Shown here one piece after another: positions 18,036 through 25,467 of a DNA stretch of 40,088 nt. The stretch covers positions 1 to 40,088 of the forward strand of contig JAVBOF010000018.1 of assembly GCA_031550915.1 (NCBI GenBank). Reading direction: 5' to 3'. This DNA comes from Eubacteriales bacterium. Lineage in GTDB: Bacteria > Bacillota > Clostridia > Christensenellales > MGBC116941. Each line of letters begins with the position of its first letter. The first letter of the stretch is position 1. Under the pieces are notes generated by a model. That model saw only the letters and a list, made by a program, of their open reading frames with translations, was not told where the DNA came from and made no database searches. A program made the translations under genes and the position numbers.

Positions 18036-20516
18036 ATGGTTGATAATTCCGGAATTATCGTTTCTTTGGGTTGCGTTGCGCACAAGCTGCATAGCGAACA
18101 AAACGGCGCGGTACTTTCATTTGGCGCGCTCGAAAATGTGCTCGGTATTGTTCTGGAAACGCTTGGCGCATATAGGATATCCTTGGCCCGGTATTCCTAT
18201 TCACATGATATACAAATCGTACAGGTTTGCGGGGAAACGTGTACAAACCATTTGCCGCAAGAATTGTTCGAAAAGCTGGCTGCAAGGCTTAAGGAAAAAT
18301 GCCCAAATCCTCTATACGGAAGCGAGCTTTCCTCTTTTCTATATTCAAACGAAAAGGAATATATCAAAAACAAAACTACGGCTTATATCCCGATCTCATC
18401 CGGTGAAACAATATATGCCGTTATTTTGCTTGAATCCGAAGCCGATTTTATGCAGAATAATGACCTAAAGGCGTTTTTATTGGCGGTTTGCGAAATGCTA
18501 ACCACCGCAGAAAAAACCCATTTTTACGCTGATACCGTATGTCCTGACAAAAACATGGTTGCAATGCCGAAAGGTATACAGGATAAAAGAGAAGATATCC
18601 TGTCGCAGATGAGCCTAGAAATACGAACACCGATAAACGCCATAATCGGTCTGGCGCGGGTCGGAGCCGGGTCCGGCGATATAGAAAAAGCAAGAGAATG
18701 CCTCGAAACGATTGAATCGTCCTCCGTAGATCTCTTAAAGACGATAAATGATATCCTCGATATGACCGCTTTAGAGGCTAACAAAATGGTACTGGAGCAC
18801 AGGCCGTTTGATTTAGAAAACATGCTGATGAAACTTGTCAATGTGATTTCCCATAAAACCGCGGACAAGAATCAAAAGCTGCATATACATATACATATCG
18901 GAACGCCGAATCTTTTCTTTGGCGACGAGGCGAGGCTTTCGCAGGTGGTCCAAAACATACTTTCAAACGCCATAAAGTTCACCAGCCACAACGGCAAGGT
19001 GCGTATAGATGTCAAAGAGGTATCAAGGGACGCGGAGTATTCCTGTTTGGAGTTCCGCATCAAGGATACGGGCATCGGCGTTCCAAAGGAACGTCACCCC
19101 CACCTAATCAAGCTCTTTGAAAAAGCGAACGGCGAAGGCGGCCGAAGGTTTGAGGGCAAAGGCCTCGGTCTGGCGATTTCCAGAAACATCATAGACCTAA
19201 TGAATGGAGATATCCGCTTTGAAAGTACAGAAGGCAAAGGAACTGAGTTTGCCTTTACGATAAAACTGAAATATATCGAAGTGCCTACCCAGCACCGTTC
19301 AAAGTTCTCCGAGGATATTGTTTCCACGCTGAGGATCATAAACGTGGATGATACGCAGGAAACCTCTGATTATTTCGAGCAAATAATGGAAGGGTTCAGC
19401 ATTAAGACGGATACCGTACCAAATATCTCCGCGTGTATCGCGGAGCTGGACAAGGCAATAAAATCCGGTAATCCCTATAACCTTATCTTCGTCGATTGGA
19501 ATATGCTGAAAAGCAGCGGATTGAACACCGCCCGAAGCATATTTACAAAATATGGTTGCTGGATCATGGTATTGATACCAACCGCGCAGCGCAGCGAATC
19601 CTTGATCGATTCGCGTGAATTCGGCATTATAAAATATATAGACAAGCCTTTTTTCCCGTCAATGCTTTTCAACGCCCTACAGGAATTCATACATTTCCGT
19701 GAAGAGCCGGTCGGATCGGATCTATCCAGAAAGTATATCTTCTCCGGTCATACGGTTTTGCACGTTGAGGATTTTGAAATTAACAGGGACATTCTCGGAA
19801 GATCTTTGGAAGCCGCTAAAATAAACGTTGTCCCTGCAGAAAACGGTAAAATTGCCTATGAGCTATTTAAAGTGAACCCCGATATGTACGATCTTATCCT
19901 TATGGATATAAATATGCCGATTATGGACGGATATGAAGCAACCGAGCTAATACGCTCCTTGCCTTTTCCAAAGGCCAAAACCATACCGATACTCGCTGTT
20001 ACGGCAAATGCCTTTGAAGAGGATGTCAATCGCAGTAAAGCAGTTGGCATGAACGGCCATCTGACCAAGCCGGTAGATTTGGATACCTTGTTTTCGCTCA
20101 TGTCCAAGCTATTCTCTGAAAAGAGCTTAGGGAGCAATATCGGGGCGGAAAGTGAAATAATCTTAGAGAACGCAAACCGTGAATCCAACAAATATATTGG
20201 CTATGACGAAGCCCTCCGGCACGTGAATAACAGCCGCCGCGTATTAAAAACGCTTTTAACGAGTTTCAAGAACAATACCAAGCTGGATAAACTCGTGGAT
20301 GCAGTCGCCGCGGATAATTTTTCTTCCGCCGCAAAAATAGCTAAGGAGATCATGCAGGTTGCAGAAAACCTGTATCTTTTTGCGCTTGTAGATAGTTTGG
20401 CGGTTTTAATTATGCAGTTTAACGATAATTATGTACTAGAAGAATCCATGATGGACTTGGAAAATGTATACTCTATTACCTCAAAACATATAGAGGAGCT
20501 TGTTAAATCGCTATAG
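18036..20516 (+). CDS. Hybrid histidine-kinase-like protein lacking both phospho-acceptor His: GAF-like N-term, HisKA(H->L), HATPase_c, REC, REC, degenerate Hpt(H->K)
   Basis: Start is ambiguous (GTG 18021, TTG 18030, ATG 18036; AGGTGG at 18019-18024). There is no TM segment. H-box reads SQMSLEIRTPINAIIG (Leu CTA at 18615-18617). N/G boxes are intact (QNILSNAIKFT, DTGIG, GKGLGLAIS). REC1 is NVDDT...IFVDWNM...IDKP and REC2 is HVEDF...LMDINMPIMDG...LTKP. The Hpt-like helix is AAKIAKEIMQVAENL (Lys AAG 20343-20345). Confidence 0.85.
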   Translation: MVDNSGIIVSLGCVAHKLHSEQNGAVLSFGALENVLGIVLETLGAYRISLARYSYSHDIQIVQVCGETCTNHLPQELFEKLAARLKEKCPNPLYGSELSSFLYSNEKEYIKNKTTAYIPISSGETIYAVILLESEADFMQNNDLKAFLLAVCEMLTTAEKTHFYADTVCPDKNMVAMPKGIQDKREDILSQMSLEIRTPINAIIGLARVGAGSGDIEKARECLETIESSSVDLLKTINDILDMTALEANKMVLEHRPFDLENMLMKLVNVISHKTADKNQKLHIHIHIGTPNLFFGDEARLSQVVQNILSNAIKFTSHNGKVRIDVKEVSRDAEYSCLEFRIKDTGIGVPKERHPHLIKLFEKANGEGGRRFEGKGLGLAISRNIIDLMNGDIRFESTEGKGTEFAFTIKLKYIEVPTQHRSKFSEDIVSTLRIINVDDTQETSDYFEQIMEGFSIKTDTVPNISACIAELDKAIKSGNPYNLIFVDWNMLKSSGLNTARSIFTKYGCWIMVLIPTAQRSESLIDSREFGIIKYIDKPFFPSMLFNALQEFIHFREEPVGSDLSRKYIFSGHTVLHVEDFEINRDILGRSLEAAKINVVPAENGKIAYELFKVNPDMYDLILMDINMPIMDGYEATELIRSLPFPKAKTIPILAVTANAFEEDVNRSKAVGMNGHLTKPVDLDTLFSLMSKLFSEKSLGSNIGAESEIILENANRESNKYIGYDEALRHVNNSRRVLKTLLTSFKNNTKLDKLVDAVAADNFSSAAKIAKEIMQVAENLYLFALVDSLAVLIMQFNDNYVLEESMMDLENVYSITSKHIEELVKSL

Positions 20517-20562
20517 TTTTGATATAATCTTTTGGATAATTGGTTTCTAGGGGGAACGAATT

Positions 20563-21639
20563 TTGTCGATGTCCAGCATCCTTATAGTTGACGATGTTGA
20601 AATCAACAGGCTGATACTTAGAGAGATACTTTCTGCCGATTATGATATTCTTGAGGCAGAGAGTGGTCTTGAAGCCATAGATCTATTATACAATATCGGA
20701 GATCTGCCACAGGCCGTTCTATTGGATATTATGATGCCCGGCATGGATGGTTTCGAAGTCCTTTCCATGATAAAATCCAACCCCCGCACGGATAAGATCC
20801 CGGTTCTGTTCATCACGGCTGCCGACGCCAGCACAAACGAATCCAAGGGCTTGAAGGAAGGCGCCGCCGACTATATCTCCAAACCGTTCAACCCCGATGT
20901 TGTCAAGGCCAGGGTCGAGAGCCAGATACAGCTTAAAAAATACCGTGACGGGCTTGAGATCATGCTAGAAAAGAAAACGGACGAGCTTATCACTACGCAT
21001 GAACGCACTTTGGAAACGCTTGCAACTATAATCGAATACAGAAGTCTTGAAAGCGGTACGCATATCCGCCGCTCAAGCGAACTATCAAGGGTTTTGATCC
21101 ATGCGCTTTTAAAGCATGATAATTTCAAAAAAGAACTAGTTAACATTCATTATAATTCAATAATAAAGGCGGTTGCCCTTCACGATATCGGTAAAATAGG
21201 CATTCCCGACAGCATTTTACTCAAGCCCGGCAAATTGACGGATGAAGAATTTGCCGTAATAAAAGAACATACGCTGATAGGCAGTAAAATAATCGAAACT
21301 ATTGCAGAAAACGCCTTCGACGATGCAATGTATCTTACACATTGCCGCGAGATATGCAGATACCATCACGAGCGGTGGGATGGCAAAGGATACCCCGATA
21401 AGCTTTCGGGGCTGGACATACCCCTTTCCGCAAGGATACTGTCCATAGTTGATGTGTATGACGCGCTTGTAAACGAACGTTGCTACAAGCCCGCTATGTC
21501 GCACGAAGCCGCGATGGATATTATAAGAGAAGGCATCGGCACTCAGTTTGATCCCGACATCGGAGAGATAGTCCTCGGCATCAGCGATAAGTTCAAATCA
21601 ATCGAAAAGACGATCAAGGATGAAGAACAGAACAATTAA
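20563..21639 (+). CDS. Response regulator with HD-GYP output domain (c-di-GMP phosphodiesterase, RpfG-type)
   Basis: TTG 20563 lies 7 nt after AGGGGGA; an alternative ATG is at 20569. REC: ILIVDDVE...VLLDIMMPGMDG...FITA...ISKP. HD-GYP: ALHDIGKIGIP and HHERWDGKGYP. Confidence 0.9.
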   Translation: MSMSSILIVDDVEINRLILREILSADYDILEAESGLEAIDLLYNIGDLPQAVLLDIMMPGMDGFEVLSMIKSNPRTDKIPVLFITAADASTNESKGLKEGAADYISKPFNPDVVKARVESQIQLKKYRDGLEIMLEKKTDELITTHERTLETLATIIEYRSLESGTHIRRSSELSRVLIHALLKHDNFKKELVNIHYNSIIKAVALHDIGKIGIPDSILLKPGKLTDEEFAVIKEHTLIGSKIIETIAENAFDDAMYLTHCREICRYHHERWDGKGYPDKLSGLDIPLSARILSIVDVYDALVNERCYKPAMSHEAAMDIIREGIGTQFDPDIGEIVLGISDKFKSIEKTIKDEEQNN

Positions 21640-21652
21640 CGCTTTGGCGCGA

Positions 21653-21681
21653 ACCCTGCAATAATCATGCAGGGTCTTTTT
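21653..21681 (+). terminator. Intrinsic terminator after the REC-HD-GYP gene
   Basis: ACCCTGCA (21653-21660), 7-nt loop, TGCAGGGT (21668-21675), followed by CTTTTTAT. Confidence 0.75.
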
Positions 21682-21689
21682 ATGTCATT

Positions 21690-23093
21690 TCAGCAATGAG
21701 GTATATTAGTATGATTTGCTATTTCGGAGCTTAGCGTGCAGATATCCTCCGGCGCCAGATCGTGGATATTTGGCCTTCCCGCCGCCCGCGCAAACACTTC
21801 CAGCTCGTGCGCGCTGACCTTAAGAAAATTGTGCAGTCTCTTGGCGCTGTTGTCTATATGCAGCCTCTTTCTAAGGTCTTCATCCTGTGTGGCGACGCCA
21901 ACCGGGCATTTGCCCGTATGGCATATCCTGTATTGCTGGCAAGCCGCAGCCATAAGCGCAGCCGAAGCAATGGCAATGGCGTCCGCGCCCATCGCCAAAG
22001 CCTTGACAAAATCTGCCGGTACCCTTAGCCCGCCTGTAATAACAAGGTCCATATCCGGACAATTCTCTAGAATGAACTTTTTTGTGCGGTAAAGGGCGTA
22101 TATCGTCGGTACGGTCGAAGCATCCTTCAAGGTTTTGGGGCTTGCGCCAGTCGCTCCTCCCCTGCCGTCTACGGTAACGAAATCCGCTCCGGCAAAGGCG
22201 ATGACCTCCATATCCTTCTCTATATGGCCTGCAGCTATCTTTATCCCTATCGGTCTGCCCCCGGATATTTCCCGAAGGTCGTCGACCAGACCCTTCATAT
22301 CCTGTTTCGTCTTTATATGCTTAAACTTTGCGGGGCTCAGGATATCCTCCCCCATAGGCTTAAAACGTATCTTTGCAATTTCTTCTGTCACCTTTTGCCC
22401 CGGCAGGTGGCCGCCCATACCCGGCTTTGTTCCCTGCCCTATTTTTATCTCTATCGCGTCAGCGTTCTGCAGATTCTCTGTAGTTACGCTGTACAGGTTC
22501 GGTACATATTCGAATATATACCTATGCGCGTTTTCCATCTCCTCCGGCAATATTCCGCCTTCCCCGCTGCACATCGCCGTACCGCTTAAGGCACTGCCTT
22601 TCGCAAGCGCGATTTTTATCTCTTTTGACAGGGCGCCGAATGACATATGCGAAACATAAACCGGTAAAGCTATCTCCATTGGTTTTTTTGCCTTCTTGCC
22701 TATTACCGTGCGCAAGCTGACTGCTTCGTCTTCATCCATCGGAAGCGTATGCAATTGTGCCCCCAAAAAGAGAATGTCATCCCAGGATGTGCTTTTAAGC
22801 TTGGTTCCCATAGGCTCTATTATAGATTCACCGGAAACAGCCATCTGATGGATAGTATCCATATGCTTTTCATTATCGCTTCCATGCATAGCAAAATCCT
22901 TTGGATAAGCAAGCGGGTTTTCATACTGAACAACTTCGGCACTCTGGGACTTTCCTTCCAATTGCTTCCTGTAGACGTATTTGGGGCATTCGCATGTCGG
23001 GCAGGTATAATCCGGCTCCAACTCCTCCCAAAGGTAGTTTTGTTCACTCTCGTCAAACAGGTATCCGCACACGCAGCATCTATAAACTGCCAT
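21690..23093 (-). CDS. FMN-binding glutamate synthase family protein (GltB central-domain-like) with N-terminal rubredoxin-type zinc/iron finger
   Basis: 467 aa. N-terminus YRCCVCGY...YTCPTCECPK has two CxxC pairs. The core has SHMSFGALSKE...CSGEGG...KIGQGTKPGMGGHLPG...VDGRGGATGA, typical of GltS FMN-domain homologues. Confidence 0.8.
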   Translation of the reverse strand: MAVYRCCVCGYLFDESEQNYLWEELEPDYTCPTCECPKYVYRKQLEGKSQSAEVVQYENPLAYPKDFAMHGSDNEKHMDTIHQMAVSGESIIEPMGTKLKSTSWDDILFLGAQLHTLPMDEDEAVSLRTVIGKKAKKPMEIALPVYVSHMSFGALSKEIKIALAKGSALSGTAMCSGEGGILPEEMENAHRYIFEYVPNLYSVTTENLQNADAIEIKIGQGTKPGMGGHLPGQKVTEEIAKIRFKPMGEDILSPAKFKHIKTKQDMKGLVDDLREISGGRPIGIKIAAGHIEKDMEVIAFAGADFVTVDGRGGATGASPKTLKDASTVPTIYALYRTKKFILENCPDMDLVITGGLRVPADFVKALAMGADAIAIASAALMAAACQQYRICHTGKCPVGVATQDEDLRKRLHIDNSAKRLHNFLKVSAHELEVFARAAGRPNIHDLAPEDICTLSSEIANHTNIPHC

Positions 23094-23197
23094 AGAAAAA
23101 CCTCCGAATAATAATAAAAATCAAATACAGGGCAGTCTTTTGGTCAATAATTTGCTTCATCCATCGATTACGCAATAATCGGGACCTTCCCAAAGCC

Positions 23198-23992
23198 TCA
23201 TTCCACAAAAACCAGAGTTTTGCCGTCGGGCGTTTCCATCCCCAGCTTGCCGATATCCACATACCCAAACCTGCTCAAATAATGCCTGGCCCTTGGTATA
23301 TCGATGGTCCTTATCCCTTTGCCATTTTCAACTTTCAGAATAGCAGCATCCGGTGCCGAAGGGTCGAAGCCGAGCATCGACGTAAGCGAAGTCTTTATCT
23401 TGCTTGCCATTCCTTCATAATCCCTGGCCTCAATATCTTTTTTGCCGCAAAGCCAGCTTCCGCCCACGGCCAAAACAAAGCCTTCTTTTATGTACTGGCG
23501 AATATTGCCTGCATCAATGCCACCCGTCGGTACAAATTTTATATTCGCAAAAGGCGAAGACAGCGAACGCATAGCCATTATACCGCCGAAATTATCAGCG
23601 GGAAAGTACTTGACGGCCGTCAGCCCGAAGTCAATGGCCCGCATTATCTCGGTTGGCGTGACGCAGCCGGGTAAGACGGAAACATGCTTGTCTATGCATA
23701 GCCTCACAATTCCGTCAGAAAATCCGGGGCTGACTATGAATTCGGCCCCTTCATCTATACATTCCACGCATTTATCTTCGTTCAATACCGTACCTGCGCC
23801 AACAAGCATTCCGGGTACATGCTTCTTTATCCGTTTAATTGCCTCGATGCCTGCGGGCGTCCGCATAGTTATCTCCATAATGCCCAGCCCGCGTTCAAAA
23901 AACGTTTCCGCAACGGGCACGGCTACATCCGCATCATCGATCACAATAACAGGGACAATGCCAAAAAGGCCTATTTTATCCAATACATCCAT
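23198..23992 (-). CDS. eda: KDPG / 4-hydroxy-2-oxoglutarate aldolase (Eda) with ~55-aa C-terminal extension
   Basis: Likely start is ATG 23992 (MDVLDKIGLFGIVPVIVIDD); the track ORF extends to 24076. Motifs: MEITMRTP, GAGTVL, Schiff-base Lys context AVKYFPA, PTGGI. The tail after about residue 210 (GFDPSAPDAAILKVENGKGIRTIDI...) is not part of a standard Eda. Confidence 0.8.
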   Translation of the reverse strand: MDVLDKIGLFGIVPVIVIDDADVAVPVAETFFERGLGIMEITMRTPAGIEAIKRIKKHVPGMLVGAGTVLNEDKCVECIDEGAEFIVSPGFSDGIVRLCIDKHVSVLPGCVTPTEIMRAIDFGLTAVKYFPADNFGGIMAMRSLSSPFANIKFVPTGGIDAGNIRQYIKEGFVLAVGGSWLCGKKDIEARDYEGMASKIKTSLTSMLGFDPSAPDAAILKVENGKGIRTIDIPRARHYLSRFGYVDIGKLGMETPDGKTLVFVE

Positions 23993-24105
23993 AAAGCCCT
24001 CCAATGATACTTCGCCAATCCGGCTGATAACTTGATTTTTTCCTGATTTTGTGCTATTATATAACAAGTATAACATTTATATCTCTCCTTTTGAAGGTGT
24101 TTTGT

Positions 24106-24843
24106 TTGGAGCGTAAAAACAAGAATATATTGATAGCGATACTCATAATCTCCATCATCTTTGTTGGCGGTTTTAATATGCTGCCTTCGCTTGCAAGCTC
24201 CGGACCCGCATTAGCCGGCGAGGACGAGACTGGCATAGATATCGGCAGCGATGGCGGAGATTTGCCCCAGATCGATATCACACAGGGAGATGAGCAATTC
24301 GGACCAATTCAGCGTCCGGAAACGTCAGAAGACCCTGTTTTGGATCCAGAACTCACTCCAGATAATCCCAACAATTCATCCCGGCCCGCACCTACCCAGC
24401 GGCCTGCGTTTATCTCGATGACCGCGGAGATATCCGTCGGCGGCAAAGACTTCCGTCCAGTCGACGGAGGGGTATACCTGATCGAAGCGAATACCGACAG
24501 CCTTTTCTGGTCAGATATCGTTTTGCGCGTTACGGTAACGAACGAAACCGGCAATGCTATAGATGATGCCAAAGTAGATATTGGAGTGGGTAAACCGATA
24601 CAACTGGAGGATGTAAACAGCGGCGGCAAAACCGTTGCTTTGGGCGCATTGGCGGACAAAGAAAGCAAAACCGTTACGATCGCTTCCCGGCCTAAGGCGG
24701 AGGAATTCAAAATTGCCAATTTCAACGATTATCTTCTTAGCCTCGCGGTCGGCCAAAAGCCTTCTACCGATGTACTGCGCGTTGAAGCGCACGCCGGCAG
24801 CTTTTCAGCCTCAAACCAGTGCAGGCTGGCACTGGATAGATAA
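24106..24843 (+). CDS. Hypothetical membrane-anchored/secreted protein with acidic Pro-rich linker and beta-rich C-terminal domain
   Basis: TTG 24106 lies 6 nt after GAAGGTG; the track start at 24049 is less likely. N-terminal TM/signal anchor NILIAILIISIIFVGGF. The low-complexity D/E/P linker is followed by VTVTNETGNAIDDAKVDIGVG, which is CARDB/adhesin-like. I recognised no family with confidence. Confidence 0.5.
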   Translation: MERKNKNILIAILIISIIFVGGFNMLPSLASSGPALAGEDETGIDIGSDGGDLPQIDITQGDEQFGPIQRPETSEDPVLDPELTPDNPNNSSRPAPTQRPAFISMTAEISVGGKDFRPVDGGVYLIEANTDSLFWSDIVLRVTVTNETGNAIDDAKVDIGVGKPIQLEDVNSGGKTVALGALADKESKTVTIASRPKAEEFKIANFNDYLLSLAVGQKPSTDVLRVEAHAGSFSASNQCRLALDR

Positions 24844-24854
24844 AGGATAAACCA

Positions 24855-24877
24855 AAAGGCCTCGCGGCCTTTTTTCT
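24855..24877 (+). terminator. Intrinsic terminator
   Basis: AAAGGCC (24855-24861), loop TCGC, GGCCTTT (24866-24872), then TTTTC. Confidence 0.75.
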
Positions 24878-24971
24878 TTGCCTTTTATCCGAAAAATCGA
24901 AGCGGAGGTACATTGACAGTACAACTTAAATTAATATACACTGGGCATAGATACAATCATTGGAGGCAACG

Positions 24972-25451
24972 ATGGCAAGAAAGTTCAACGAATCGCTTTC
25001 CGGCTTGGTTTTTGGAATCTTAGCCAAGGGCATTTTAGCCTGTTCAAAATTGGACGAGCGCGTTTCTAAAGAGATAACGACCTGGGAGGAAGGCTTTACC
25101 GTAATGCTTTCCGCGTCAGCCGAAACAAGGACAATAATCGGCATCAGGGATGGAGCTTTGCGCGTTTTGGAAACGGACGACAACTCTACGGAAACGCTGG
25201 AAATAGCTTTCAAGAGCCCGGAAAAAGCAATAAAGGTATGTATAGGACACAGTGGTTTATCAGACGCTTATGCCCAGCATGCCTTCGTACTAAAGGGCGA
25301 TATCTTCAAATGTATGTCGCTGGTACGCATCGTGAATATCGTCGAAAACTATCTGTTCCCTGCTTTTATAACCAGAAAGGTTTTGAAGCAGCGTCCCCCA
25401 AAGCTGGTTTCAAGCTTTAGGGTATATGGCAAAACACTTTTTGGATCATAA
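24972..25451 (+). CDS. SCP2-like (sterol-carrier/lipid-binding fold) domain protein
   Basis: ATG 24972 lies 5 nt after GGAGG. The pattern ...LEIAFKSPEKAIKVCIGHSGLSDAYAQHAFVLKGDIFKCMSLVRIV resembles the SCP2 C-terminal consensus (...A...G.l...GD......l). The assignment is tentative. Confidence 0.45.
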   Translation: MARKFNESLSGLVFGILAKGILACSKLDERVSKEITTWEEGFTVMLSASAETRTIIGIRDGALRVLETDDNSTETLEIAFKSPEKAIKVCIGHSGLSDAYAQHAFVLKGDIFKCMSLVRIVNIVENYLFPAFITRKVLKQRPPKLVSSFRVYGKTLFGS

Positions 25452-25467
25452 TTTGACGGAGGTAAAA

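Noticed and set aside
18882-18898. CATATACATATACATAT micro-repeat inside the second kinase gene
   Set aside because: It has only about 2.5 copies of a 6-mer, is in frame (encoding HIHIHI) and is too short to be a meaningful repeat element.
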